Shown here one piece after another: positions 27,549 to 41,814 of a stretch of DNA of 64,000 bases (the first letter of the stretch is position 1; each line of letters opens with the position of its first letter). Below the pieces are notes generated by a model that worked only from the letters and a program-made list of their open reading frames with translations, searched no databases and was not told the origin of the DNA. The DNA lies in NCBI RefSeq assembly GCF_009914755.1, contig NC_060947.1. One strand, written 5' to 3'. Source of the DNA: the human T2T-CHM13v2.0 reference genome, Homo sapiens. Made by a program: the position numbers and the translations under genes.

Positions 27549-28303
27549 GTGTATGATTGCTAATCACAAGAAAAAAGCTGTAGACTCTCACTTTTGGTTT
27601 TAAGCCCCTTAACGTATCCTCATGCTAGCTCCCTTGGAACGCTCAGACTGAATTTAGTGTTGGCCTAAGGATTTACAGGACCCGCACACCCATCTCCTGA
27701 GTAAGACTTCTTATGCCCATGATTATGTTTCTAAAAATTTACTCTTTGCCATGCTTCACCAAACCTAACTCCTGCTTTTGAGGTAAATGAGCCTGACAAA
27801 TATATGGTCCTCTAAGAACTGGTGTTATAACACCAATCAGCTATTGTAACATCTATATCATCTATCACAGTAACCAATAGATCAGCCCAGATGAATTTTA
27901 AGAGTTATATTTTTATACCATATTTCAATTATATAATTTATTATTAGATCCAAATATGCTTGCCTATTATGCTGAATCTTTCCTGAGTCAGTACCTGAAA
28001 ATTTTGATAATTCAAATAATGTATCAAATGTAAAGTTGAAGTAAAATCAAAAAAGTTACCAAATTAAGTTAAATAAGAACATTTTTTGTATTTATTTGTG
28101 ACCAGACTCTGTTATTGGTCTATAATAGTTAATTCTCACTTCTTTCTTTAAATAAAGAATGTTAGAGTCAGCTTCTAGAGATCCAGGCTACATAGGAGAT
28201 TAAAGACAGAGCAGTGCATGAGCACATGAAGAGGTGAGATTTTGAGACCCAAAGGAGGCACAACTAACCAGTAGGAAACAGTTCAGTCAAAAAAGAAATT
28301 GGA

Positions 28304-28628
28304 GGCAGGGCATGGTGGCTCACGCCTGTAATCCTAGCGCTTTGGGAGGTGGAGGCCGGCAGATCACTTGAGGTCAGGAGTTCAAGACTAGCCTGGTCAA
28401 TATTGTGAAACCCTGTCTCTACTAAAAATCCAAAACTTAGCCAGGCGTGGTGGCAGGCGCTTGTAATCCCAGCTACTCGGGAGGCTGAGGCAGGAGAATT
28501 GCTTGAACCTGGGAGGCAGAGATTGTAGTGAGCTGAGATCACCACTACTGCACTCTAACTTGGGGGACAGGGTGAGACTCCACCATCAATGAAAAAAAAA
28601 AAAAAGAAAAAAGAAAAAGAAAAAGAAA
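28304..28628 (+). mobile_element. AluS, full length with (GAAAAA)n tail
   Basis: Complete dimer; tail aaaaagaaaaaagaaaaagaaaaagaaa. Confidence 0.94.
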
Positions 28629-28977
<349 letters not shown>

Positions 28978-29119
28978 AAAAGAAATTGGGTACAATAGCC
29001 CACAAATGCTCATGGACGCCACACAACAGTTCTATGGCATTGTCTTAAAATCATCCCAGATTTGTTCAGATATCCTCGCTCCTCCACTTATCTATATGCT
29101 TCAAGAAAGACTACAAATC

Positions 29120-30200
29120 CATTATAACATACTACTTCACACTCACTATAATAGCTATTAAAAAAGATAACAACTGTTATAGAGGATGTAGAGAAATTGG
29201 GATGGGACACTCTTAAATTGTTGATGGGAATGCAAAATTGTTCAATCACTGTGGAAAACAGTTTGTCAGTTCCACAAAATGTTAATCATAGAGCTAACTG
29301 ATGACCCAGCAATTCTGTTCCTAGGTATATACCCCAAAAAACTGAAAACATGTTTATACACATACTTGTACATAAATATTCATAGCAATGAATATTGCTT
29401 TGGCCTTTCGACAATGGCCAAAAAGTAAAAAAAAAAAAAAAAAAAAAACAAAACCCAAATGCCCAACAACTAATAAATAGGCAAACAAAATATCTGTATC
29501 CATACAATGGAATATTATATATGGTTATCCCTTGATATCCTCAGGGTTGGTTCCAGGACTGCTTCAAACACCAAAATCTGAGCATTCTCAAGTCACTTAT
29601 CTAAAATGACATAGTATTTGCATGTATCCTACACACATCCTCTGGTACACTTTAAATCATCTCTAGATTACTTATAATACCTAATATAATGTAAACGTTA
29701 TAGAAATAGTTTTATACTGTATTAGTTTTTAATTCAAATTATTTTTATTGTTGTATTTTTACTGTTTTTTTTCTAATATTATCAATCCACAGTTGGTTGA
29801 ATCCACAAATGCAGAACACATAGAGGGCTGACTGCTCAGCCATAAAAGGAATGAAGTGTTGATACCTGCTACAATGTGGATGAACCTTGAAAACATTATG
29901 CTTAATGAAAGAATCCAATCATCAAAACCCACATATTGTATGATTCCATTTATATGAAATATCCAGACTGGGAAAATCCATAGAGACAAAAAGTACACTA
30001 GTGTTTGCCAGGGATTGGGGAAGGGAAAATGGAGAGTGACTGTTTAATGGATATGGGATTTCCTTTAGGGGCAATAAAACTGTTCTAAATTTGACTTTGG
30101 TGATGGATGCACAACTCTGTGAATAGATAAAAAGCCATTGAATTTTATACTTTAAATGGGTGAGTTTTATTTTATGTGAATTGTATTTCAATAAAGCTAA
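29120..30200 (+). mobile_element. L1MB-type 3' region, interrupted by MER2
   Basis: gaggatgtagagaaattgg..cactgtggaaaacagttt..gacccagcaattc..catacaatggaatatta [MER2] ctcagccataaaaggaatgaa..tgattccatttatatgaaatatccaga..tcaataaagct. Confidence 0.88.
29521..29834 (+). mobile_element. MER2 DNA transposon nested in L1
   Basis: ggttggttccaggac..actttaaatcatctctagattacttataatacctaata..agttggttgaatccac..gagggctgactg. Confidence 0.88.
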
Positions 30201-30222
30201 TTTGAATAAAGAAAGTCTAGTT

Positions 30223-30251
30223 CCAGACCCAGACCCAGACCCAGGTCCCAG
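30223..30251. repeat. Short (CCCAGA)n tandem repeat
   Basis: ccagacccagacccagacccaggtcccag. Confidence 0.8.
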
Positions 30252-30289
30252 CTAAAGCTGCATCTCCAGATCCTGACTCAATCACAGAG

Positions 30290-30560
30290 TGTTAATCTTG
30301 ATTAGTATAGGTGGATTATGGTAATTACGTGTTCTTTTGCCAGTGATTGGCTAAGGAAGAGTGATGTGACCTAATTCTGTCCAATGAGATATGAGAGGAA
30401 GGCTCCTTGCGGTAAAGAGGTGAGAAAGATTTCTTAGCACTTAAAAAGTAACAAGAATCAACTAGGTTTTTTTTCTGCCCCTTTCTGCATTGTTGTATGA
30501 GGTTGTCATGCCTGAAGCTGCTTCAGCTATGTTAATATTATGAGGGGCAAACTACTCTAG
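30290..30560 (+). mobile_element. Diverged ERVL-class LTR fragment (LTR33/LTR16-like)
   Basis: gccagtgattggctaagga..atgtgacctaattctgtccaatgagatatgagaggaag..atgcctgaagctgcttcagcta. Confidence 0.55.
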
Positions 30561-30769
30561 ATACTGTAGATGGAAGAGTTAGACTGGATTCATGGTGGAT
30601 AAGCATATGGAATGGGGATGCCACCTAATGAAGCATTTGAGCACTCTCAGAATTAAAATCCATAAAGCTAAGACAATTTTCCCATTTCTTTTTACTTTAT
30701 CACTATAGCTTCTATCACTGATGATGTGTGACACAGAATGTATCTCTTCTACTTCCTCAGTAACTCACT

Positions 30770-31510
30770 CACTGCAATATGATATGTGCTCTTTCTACTA
30801 CACTGAAATTTCTCTTTAAATGAAGTTCACCAATGTGCCAAATCCAGGTGCTTTTTTTCAATTTTCAGCCTATTCAGCTTTTCTGCAATATCTGATGGTG
30901 CTGACCACCTCCACATCTCTTGATTCTCTCTGTTCCTTTAGATTCTGAAACATTAAATTGTCCTGATTCTCATTCTTCTTTCTGCCATTTCTCTAACATT
31001 TTCATTGGCTACTCTTCCTCCACCAGCACCTCAAGTCTTTTGTTCAATCCATTTTATATTGTTTTGTTTTGCTGGCTCTCTATATTCCCTCCATGGGCAA
31101 TTGTATCTGTTGCCACAGCTTCAATTAACATCTAAATTTTGAAGATAAGATGACTCCCATATCTACATCTGCAGCTTGAATCTCTTTTCTAAACCCAAAT
31201 CTCACAACCCCAACAGTTGCCCCCTTGAACACTGCAAAGACGACATGTCCAGAATAGAACATCTTTCCCCATCACAAACCTACTCTACTTCCTGAATGCC
31301 CAATTTCATTTAATAGCACCCACACTCTCAGTCACCCAAGGTTGAAGCCTTGGAGTCATTCTGACCCTCTCTCTTCTCACTCTCAGTATTCCAGCTTCCC
31401 AGAGTTACCAATGCTGCCCCCGCTGCCACCACTTTATCCAGGCTAACATTAACTTTCTCCTGGGCTGTGCCAACAGCTTCTTAAATGGTATTACTGCCTC
31501 TAGCCTCTCT
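30770..31510 (+). mobile_element. L2 LINE fragment
   Basis: ctactacactgaaatt..tgctgaccacc..gatgactcccatatctacatct..catgtccagaatagaac..ccttggagtcattctgac. Confidence 0.7.
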
Positions 31511-34500
31511 GGATGCTATATAATGGATATAGCTATTATCTGGAAGCTGGACAGAACTCAATAGTAGCAGTGTGTGTTTGTTGGACAAGAACTGCCACAG
31601 AGAAGTGGTTCTTTTCTCAAAGGGCTTTTCTTGCCTCATATTGCCCCACTCATCCTAGGATCAGTGTGATTAGCTGGTGAGCCACTCTTGCAACAGGCTG
31701 TCATGACCAGCTAACTTACTTGGCATTGCCAATGACATCATAATGATTATCTAGAATGCATCAATAGTAAATAATCAAGACAAATCAGTATAACTATTGT
31801 ATTTAGGTTGGCTATTAGGAACAAAAATAAAGATGCCCCAGGGTATTTTTAAGGATGGAGCAGTTCATGTTCCTTCAGGTAAAGTAAGTTTGACATGACA
31901 TTCAGATCCGAGAAAATAAATGTTTAACAAATATCCATGAACTCTGCTTAATGTTCAGCCTGATACTAACTCTTCGGAATATGGTTTTAACAAACACACT
32001 GTTTCTCTTCAGAGAAGCCTGTTTCCTAACAATAGTCATGTTTTCCAATATGGATTATTTTTAAAATGACATATAAAAAGTGTTTTTGTCACTTTTTCCT
32101 TCTCATCCTTTCTTCATTCTATTAATATAATTTTTAATTTATACATTAATTATAAACCACTGAAAATATTTAATAAAATATACTATGTGTGTCTTGTCAC
32201 TTCTTTCCATAAGGACTTATTTTGCTACTCTTGATAACTTAAGTCTGTTTCCTAACAACTAATTCTAACATATCTTAGTACTGCCTGCCAATATCTATGG
32301 AACTCTTAAAAGGCTGTATCGACACAACACTGAAACTTCCAACTGAAAAGCCAAATTTTTAGGTAATCTACAAGCTTGTTTGCCTATAAGCCATGAAACA
32401 ACAAGCTTAAGTGATTTTTTTTCTGAGTGTAACTAACACATAGTGCTTATGTAATAATGAGCTGATCTGGAGAGAAACAAGTGAATTCAATCAAACTGGT
32501 TGTTTTCACAACAGTTTCAAGTCAGCTAATTTCAAAACAACTAGTTACTTGACTGATTTCAGCCATGTATGTACACAAAGCCTGAACTGACCATTTGTTT
32601 AAGTGATTGATAAATATAGCTAACTGCAATACCCTTCTAAATGATAAACCCTCACCCTCCTCCAGCCACTTTCAATCCCTCTCAGAATACTATTTGACCA
32701 TGGAACATACCTGCTTAAAATTCTCAATTTACTCTTGCCTATCAAATAAAGTCTGAGGCATTCATTATGTCATTCTGCCCAAGTGGAATATTTTCACTAC
32801 TCTTCTTAATCTCTCCAGATTGTAGATCTTCCTCAAGATCCAGTGTCTCAACTGCTCTACAAAGCCATCAACAAATAATACAGGCTACACTAAATTTCTC
32901 TTCTCTGAATTTGTATTGCACTTAAGTCTAAAGCACATAAGGATAACATTTGAAATGTCAAAATTATTGCTTTGCACCTGGCAGAGCACCTAGCAAAGAA
33001 CCTAGCACATAGTAGACAGTTTATGAATACTTGTAAAACTTGCCTCATTGACTTTTTTCATCGGACTAAGAATGCACCTAAGGCATAATCGCAACATTCC
33101 AAATTATACTTCATTGAGTAAATAACAGGGAAAAGTTCTTTTCCTCTGTGTCTTTAATTCTCTACTGACTCATTAATTTGTATAAGTATGCCATCGTTGT
33201 AAGCACTGTTCTATTACTGAAGACATACCAGAGCAGAGTCAATATGTATTGGTCCTGAGTACGGTAAGTTTCTGGAAAAGGAATATGGCTTACATCCAAT
33301 ACCAGCCATCACCTCCATTCAACTTCTACCAAAAAGGTGTTCATTACTGAATATCATGTTCATGACTAGAAAACATCCAGAAGGACAAAGGTTGCTAAAG
33401 CTGGCATAAAAAGCTGTCAGTGACACAATTGACATTGAGTGTCTGTCATTACAGATTAGTTTACAGTGAGAAAGTGATTCTCCTTCACATTATCTAGACC
33501 ATCAAAATAAACCTTCTCTATTAATTTGCATAGCCTCTAGTTAACAAAATTATACCAATTCTTAACACCATTATGAGGATGGAAACGACACAGGAGGAGA
33601 AAGCAGGAAAGAACGGAGTGGAAAACAATTGGTTTTGCATATTAAACATAAATGTGTAGAAAGTTGGATTTTTGCCATATTCTCTGGCTCTATTAATAGC
33701 CACTATACCCCTGATTCAAAACAAAACCATTAAACACTAATACAGACACATGTATATGCAGATCTGAGACATTATTTCATTTATAAGATGTCCTCTCCAT
33801 AGGAAGCCTAAATTACTACACTGCATGAAATAAAAAAGTGGAAAAAGAAAAATTCAGACACCTGCATCTTAAATGCATCACAATGACAGGTAATGTTCCT
33901 TGATGTGGTGAGACTCCCATGGATACAGGTAAGGGAAAGAGAAGCAGAGATGCTTTTAATGACAGTGGGAAGACAAAAGCTGAGCTGCTTTTCTGCTCAA
34001 CTTCTGAAAGCCTGGTGGCACAGGGCCCACAGTTCAGGAAGAACATTATGCTAACTTCTTAACCTTGCTTCAGTGGAGAACTCAGGTGGTGAAAATTACA
34101 TGGATATTTCTTTTGGAAAACATTTTGTCTTCTCCCTGTTCACTATATAGTTTATCACTGCATGACTAATAAATTAGTCACATTTTCAAGCCATCATGGT
34201 TGGCCTGAGTTACTTTCTGGGTGCTTTAAACAGCCGCGATTCTTGCCATTAAAGAGAAAATAATGTTAGTAAAAAATAATTCAAATGATTTGATGCTGAT
34301 GACACTTGAGTTTTGCAAATGTGGTATATATTGAGCTAAAGCATGTTTTAAAAATGCATACGAATATATAATGTAGTATAGCAAGCAGAACAAATTAATA
34401 TCTGTACCTCATTTTTTACACCCTACTCGTTAGGGAGTAGACACTAATTATATACACTGCTTTAAGTAAAAACAATATTAAATATATGCATTGGCTCTTT

Positions 34501-36805
34501 TCATTTACACTTGATAACTTTAAAACATCATAACCTTCTTAGAAAACAACATGTAAGTTCAAAGGAAACAATTTTAAGAATGCTGTGTTCACACTAGAAA
34601 ATGATCATTTACAAAATTTAAGCATATAGTGAATTTAAATAGCAACCTCATCCAACTTACCAACCATTATTATTACTAATAATAACTCCTCTGTCCATTG
34701 TTCTCCATTTTCTATAAAGTTTTTCTATGTACACTATCTTGATTTTTTCACAAGTGCCTTGGGCAATAAACTGGAAAATAGAGTCCTGGAGAGGTTGTGA
34801 TGACTTTTTCACCGCCACACTGCTAGTTAATAATAAAGCCAGCAGCTAACATTTAAGGACCCAGTTTCTTAGTCTAATAAATTTAAGTGTAAAGTGAGAT
34901 ACTCAGGATGTTTGTGCTAGACCATATTGAATACTGAGGCTCAAATTTTAAATTTAATCTTACAAGGAGATTTTTGGAAAAACATGCTACCAAAAATATT
35001 TGGATGTGAAGACTGGTATATCTTAATGTGTCTGTGAAATGACTTATGAATAATTGAAGACAGATAAAATTGCATATTAGGTGGTATCTAAAAGCCTGGA
35101 ACCATAAATTCCTTCTTCCTCTTAATCAAATCCTTATAAGGAGTTTGGTTTATGGCTTCATATATGGCACTGTTGTTATCTCATTGAATTTCACCTGCAG
35201 AAAACAAAAATTGCAGTGGATTCCTGAGAGAGACTTTGCAATTGGATTATGAGATACCTATATAAAGCAAACGTTCATTCTTTTCAGGATTTATTGCCTG
35301 ACATGCTTTCCCAATGACAAAATGGAGCAGCTTTAGGTGACCAAGCAGTCTCTTCAATATACTATGTAAAACCCGGATGCAGACAGTAAGGCTACAAAAT
35401 GAAAAACTGACTAAATATTTGGCCTGAAGTAGCCTGAATAATAGAAAGAACATAAAATCTGGAGGAAAACTGGATGAACTAAAAAGTCCCAAAGTAGATT
35501 TGAACAAGCAGTCAGCAGTGTCCTGACATTTATTATCATAACTGTCAATTGTGCAATAGCCCATATGAAATGATTTGGTGATTTCAGTCTCATTCCCAAT
35601 GGGTAAATGTTCACATCATTACAATCATTGTGAAAACAGGAAGCTTGTTTGCACTCTCAGTAGAGAAATCAAGAAACTAATGGGGCACGAAGAACCTATT
35701 CACTGGAAGTGGTCCCTCTAGGTGAGTCTGAGGGTACATTTTAGGGACAACAACTTTTCATAAACTCTTGAGTATAAATACTCTGGCTTCATAAAGAACT
35801 CTAGCCTACATGATTTGGGGCTTAAAAATGAACAATGGACAAAGGATCCACCAAACACAGAATGAGAGGGTCAAGCTTATATGTGGTAGAACTAGTGAAG
35901 CTGGATAATTTGTTTTCTATATTATTTTTTTCCTCCACCTCACTTCCTTCTTGTTAATTCATAAACATGGCATAGAAAACTCTGGATTTGGTGTGAGAAG
36001 ACCTAGGGTTTCGCCCATGTTTTTCAGTATCCTGCTTATCTAAATCTGGACAAGAAATCCCTCTATAAAGTGGGCACGGTAAATTTTGCTGTGTGTGTGT
36101 GTGATAGAGCTGGTGTTCAGATCCAATAAGGTAATAAATAGAAAAAGATTAAAGCAAACATTAAGTGATATGTAATGCAACGACTAAACTGAGAAGCTGC
36201 TTTGCTATCTACATGCACTAATTGAATAGACTGAAGAGTCAGACCTCCAAACCCTGGCCATGATTATTACAATTTTCCACCTTCCACACAAAGTAAGTAA
36301 AGAGGCCAGAATAAAGCAATCATGATTTTGTGTCAAGGGATATATTTGGAAATTGTTATATTCAGTCAAACCTACTTATACTGCTTTGTAGACATGCTTG
36401 TGTGTGTGTATGTGTGTGTGTGTCTGTCTGTGTGTTTGTCATATTGTACCTCCACAGCAAGATATAAGGAACTCATAGCTATGAGTAAACATATTTATCA
36501 TCATCTGTGTCTTTAGTGTCTCTTTCTCAGATAACAGTATTTAATAGGGTTCTGAAGTCTTCTGGAATTGTGCATTGTATGTTTTCAAGAGTTACCTAGG
36601 GCACTTGCCATTTTGCACTTATTTCAGCCTCAGAGCTTAGCACAGGTCCTGGTACATGGCTAGTGCATAGTAAACTTGCTGGATAAATGCAGAGATCACC
36701 CTTTTGCTCTGTGTTTCCTCAGTCCCTGTACATACTTTCCATTTAGACTTGTTGTCCATACCAAGGTACTTGTATTGTCATTGCTTGTATTTAGTGTTTT
36801 CTGTG

Positions 36806-37364
36806 TGTGGCAAACACATTCTAGTATGACACTCACTAAGTCCTGCCCTTGTGTAATACCTTCCCCATGAGTGTGGGCAGAACTTATAACTTATTTCTAC
36901 CCAACAGAATATGGCAAAGGCAAAAGGATTTTCTATTTGTATTAGAGCCCCAGTCAGATGACTTTGACTTAATCAGAAATCATCCTGGGTGGGCCTGGCC
37001 TAATCAAGAGAGTCCTTTAAAAGGGGGTTAAAGTCACTCCCGAAATTAGAGATTTGAAGCAGCAGAGACTATCGGTCTCAATTACCAGCTTTGAAGAAAC
37101 AAACTGCCATGAATTCTACACCTACAAAGAAATTAATTCTGCCAATAATCTGAGGGAGTTGAAAGTGGACACTTCCCTAGTTGACCTTCCAGATGAGAAT
37201 AAGCCCAACCGACATCTTGACTGCAGCTTTGCGAGACTGAGCAGAAAAACCACTAAGTCATGACCAGACTTTTGACTTAAAGAAACTGTGAAATAATAAA
37301 TTGGTGTCATTGCAGGCCACTTAGTTTGTGATGGTTTGTTACACAGCCACAGAAAACCAGTATC
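36806..37364 (+). mobile_element. MLT1E-like MaLR LTR
   Basis: cccttgtgtaataccttccccatgagtgtgggcagaac..atcctgggtgggcctggcctaatca..ccttccagatgagaa..aactgtgaaataataaa..tttgttacacagc. Confidence 0.82.
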
Positions 37365-37368
37365 TCCT

Positions 37369-37400
37369 GTGTGTGTGTGGGTGTGTGTGTGTGCGCACGC
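37369..37400. repeat. (TG)n microsatellite
   Basis: gtgtgtgtgtgggtgtgtgtgtgtgcgcacgc. Confidence 0.85.
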
Positions 37401-39814
37401 AGATCATATTTTTTATCCTAGAGGGTAAGCATTTTGAGGGAAGAAGCCACATCTTTTGCTTTTGCCTCTATCTCAGTGCCTAGTGCCCAGCCATGTATAC
37501 CCCAGGAATATTTGCAAGCTGAAATAAATTGTTTCTACTTATGATCACTAGATATTATATTGTAACTCCCGCTAAAGCTGTTTACTACTGAGAAAGTAAA
37601 AAGCAATATACTGACTTCTGTTTTGTCACGTATTTGTCAGGAGAGTGGCAAAAATTAGACACATATGAAAAACAGTGGGAGTTGTATACCTACTTATCAA
37701 TGCATGAAGCTGAAAAATGACCCCATTCCTTTTAAAGATGGCAATAATGTAGGATGAAAAAAATAAATAACTCAGAAATCCAATTCCAATGAACGGGCTA
37801 ACAAACTGGCTATGGTGGCCACACATGGCTGGTATAAATCAGAGTAATTTTCTTCTTTCTTAATTTGCTGCACAGTCAGGCTTTGGCCTTGCTTTTAAAG
37901 GAACTGAGATATCTAGTTTATATCTGACCATCAGATACATTTAATAGTCTTCATTTTCTCTCAATACTAACTACCCTGAACCCACCCTAATCTGCACATC
38001 TAAGATACAATTCTTTCAATAGCTAAGTTTCTATTCAAAACCTTAACAATATCCTTGTCAATCAAAAGTCAGTTTCTTAAACTCAGAAACATATAAGAGA
38101 AGTCTAAATTAAGGTCCCATAGGAAAGAGCCAAAGGCCCAGAAAGTCATTTCTTCATTTTTTTTTTTTCATTCTCATTCTTCTTTTTATGCCTGGCTTGG
38201 TCTATTCATTACTATAAAGGGAAACAGTAAGTGTGGGAAATAACATAGAAATTCAAATGCTTTATACTGTTTTTATTATAAAAATCTAGCTGTAGGTTCT
38301 CATTTCAGTTGCAAAACCTATCAAACTTCAAATAGCTTAATATTATTGGACACGATAAAAGGACATGAAGTGTTATCAGTGATTTCATGCTATTAATGTT
38401 GGGGTAGTACCTATCATTAAGATAAGATACCAAATGTCTCCCTCATTGGACTAGGTGCTGCTGTAAAATTTAAAGCTTGTGATTTAAGTTAAGCAAGGCC
38501 TTTATCTCCTTAAAATGCAAACAGCACTGGGAGACTATCCCACTGAGCCTTAAGAGTCACTTATGGTTCCAAATGACTAAGTTCGTCAGTTCCTTTTCTT
38601 AGAGCAGGCCTTATGTTTTTGAGGGAGAAGCGAGTAGACACAAAGAAAGAGGATAAATGTGAAGTCCTTGGTTGCCTGAAGGGAATAAGAGACATCCACC
38701 ACTGATACTCGAAAAGTGCACCAGAAAGAGAAGTCTCCATTCCAAGCTTTGCTGAATAAGCTTCTTGTATTCAAGCCTGAATGCAATGTAGTCTCAGTTG
38801 TCTATATTGCTATCTACTGCTGTGAGTTGTAAGAGTTCAGTTTCAGATGCATATTCAGGGGTTTCCTCCCCTATTTTAATTAGTCATAAAATGAGTTCAG
38901 ACGATCTCACCATTCCTAATACACATTCAAGAGAAAAGAACAAAAAATGACTGTCTTAAATATATAGGACAGTTGAAGAAGTTGATTCTGAAGATTTCAC
39001 GACAGGAAGAAAATAATTGCGCAAGTTCCTCTTATAGACCAGCTCTCCCACCCTATGGGCTTCTTCACATTTAGAAAATGCTCAAGGGTGTATACCCTCT
39101 AGGGAATAAAATGGACTTCGAAGGTCAGTGATAAGCTAAAAACCTTATTACCACTCCAATACCTTCTCATGAAATGCTTTCCCTGAACATCCTGTAATCT
39201 GACTATACTATATCAGATAATCTCTCAGATATATTGCATGTCTTTGTGCTTTTACTTTAATATATTTACTAGGATGCGCTTCCCTACCTTTTCTGATAAC
39301 CAAATTCCTAGTCATTTTCTAAAATTGTTACCTTTGAGTAGTATATTCCGAGACATAAGCCATAAGATATAGTAAGATGCTTTCTTGTCTGTGATTCCAA
39401 ATCACTTCACATCTACCTCTATTACTGTTCTTATTAAATTATATTGTAGGAGTTATTTTGTTTGTTGGTTTTTGTATCTATTATATCCCAAATTCCTCAC
39501 TGTGAAGCAGTCAGGGCAAAAATTATTTTCTATCAATCTTTACACACACCACTTTCCCTCCAACTCACCACAGAGTCTATCACAATTTTTAACATATAAT
39601 GTGTGCTCAATTTATTTTGGCTGAATTAGATTGGAAAGTTGATATTAAAGGTCCAGAAAAAAAAAATAACCAAAGTAACACCTTCCTGTCAAACAAGGAC
39701 TTGCTTCACATAAATTATACCCCGAGATCTAAAGACCCAGAAAAAGTATTTTTCATTGTAATATTAATTCAATTTAAGGGATCTAGAGGAAATTATTCAT
39801 AATTTCAGAGGAGG

Positions 39815-40217
39815 TGCTATGGTCTGAATGTTTGTGTCCCCTGCCCCCACTCTAAATTCGTATGTTGAAATCCTAACACTCAATGTGATAGTATTAGGAG
39901 GTAGAGCCTTCAGGAGGTGATTAGGTGATGAGGGCAGAGTCCTCATAAATGGGATTAGTGCCCTTATAAAAGAGGCCCTAGAGAGACCCTCACCTCTTCC
40001 AGCATGTGAGAATACAATGAGAAGTCACATCACTGTCAAGTCACCAGAAAGCTGGCTCTTTATGAACCAAGAAGTCAGCCCTCACCAGACACTGAATGTG
40101 CCAGTGCCTTGGCGTTGGAATTCCCAGCCTCCAGAACTATGAGAAATAAATTTCTATTGTTTATAAGCCATATAGTTTATGGCCAATTTGCTACAGCAGT
40201 TGAAACAGACTAAGACA
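39815..40217 (+). mobile_element. MLT1A-type MaLR solo LTR
   Basis: Starts tgctatggtctgaatgtttgtgtccc, ends cagactaagaca; near-TSD ggagg/ggaag. Confidence 0.92.
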
Positions 40218-40689
40218 GGAAGCCTCAATATACCATAAAAAGAGGCTATCTTTGTTCATACTTCAAGTTCTTTCAACCCAGGTGATAAGTGATTATAATC
40301 TAATCCAAATCAATTGATACTTTTACCTACTTTAGAATATAACAGATTCCATGAAGAAAATAGAGGTAAAAGGCATAGTTCCTGTATTCAAGATTCTTGT
40401 AATCCAGTTGGAAAGATAATTTTAGTGGACAAGAAAACACTTAGAGAGCTAGATAAAGAGAATTAGACAAGCATAATTATACAGTATAAACATGCTAAAT
40501 ACTGCAATCTGACTATAAAAATGCTGTTAGGACTTTTAAAAATGAGAAAGTCAAGTTGGAATCATGAACCTTGGAATGTTTCACGGGCCTTAAAGAATAG
40601 AAAGAGCTTAATACTGCAAAGAACCTGGAAAGAGAGGTGGCCTAAGACTTTACAACATCTCAAAGAATTCTAGAGCATGCAATGAAACT

Positions 40690-40780
40690 GAGAGATGATT
40701 CAACCTCACCCCCCCCCATTTTAAACGAGAAGAAACAAACCCACATAGAGCAATTGACTTGCCCAAGGTCCCACGGTGAA
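40690..40780 (-). mobile_element. MIR core fragment
   Basis: cccattttaaacgagaagaaacaaacccacatagagcaattgacttgcccaaggtcccac. Confidence 0.6.
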
Positions 40781-41814
40781 TGTGGGCCATCCTGCATTGT
40801 TCCTATCACCTCAAGTTGTCTCCCACAGCCTTGCTTAAATTACATAGAAGCTGTTGTTTATTTTCCATTTATGTGGGGGAAGAAGAGCTCAGATGCATAA
40901 TTTCTCACTAGGAAAAACGTCCTGTTAAAATATTGTCTAGACCAATTTTTTAAAAAAGGAACTGGAAATGTTGGCGGTGTAACCATAAAAACTTGAGTAA
41001 ATCTACTGCATTTGAAAAACAGCAGAAAATGACTTCTGGAGAGAGGGAGGCGTGAAACTAGAATAACATATCTATTATAGACTTTTGTGTTATAAAGATG
41101 TGAGTTACGTCATCATATGTACATGGAATAGGATTTTCCCCGAAATATAGTTAAGCTTATTTTATGAATGAATTATACTCTTTCTTAAAATTGGCTAATG
41201 GTTAAAAAAAAATGGCACTGCCCAGCAAATACTACACAAATATTGGCTATTTGAGAAAGAAGTTTCTTCCTTTTTTACATGCTAATTCTTGACATGCAGA
41301 ACCAATTTTAATTTATATTCTGGAAGCATCTCAACTGCAAGAAACTGAGGGTGCCGACATCTGGCTTGATAAACCACATAGCTGTAAGCAAGCTTATAAA
41401 TTAAATTATTTAAGTATCCCCATTTAATTTTCAACATCTCTAAGGACAGGATGACAGACTGAAATGTGTCAAACCCAAAGAAACCAGCCTAAGCTCATCT
41501 CAAACACAACACTTTAAGTAATTCAATAATATTCCACATTTTATAAACAGACATGAAAACACATTTCACCCTATCAATATAATTTGTGGTGTCCAAGTAG
41601 AATCATGTCATGTTATCCCACGAGAAATATAATTTAGTATGAACATAAATTTTTCTTAAAGATTCAATTATTGCCTTAAATATATGGCCATGTGGAAAAA
41701 TCTCAGCATATTAGGTGCAATCTCCCCAGTTTAATATATTAAAGTGAATGAGGCAAGTCGTCAGGAGACTTTTGTTCTCCTCTTTTGGGACAGCACAGTT
41801 GTCACTATCATTGG

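Noticed and set aside
31861-31895. Recursive-splice-like ttccttcag|gtaaagtaagt (similar minus-strand motifs near 21610-21630 and 35190-35215)
   Set aside because: Immediate donors are non-consensus and the host transcription strand is unknown.
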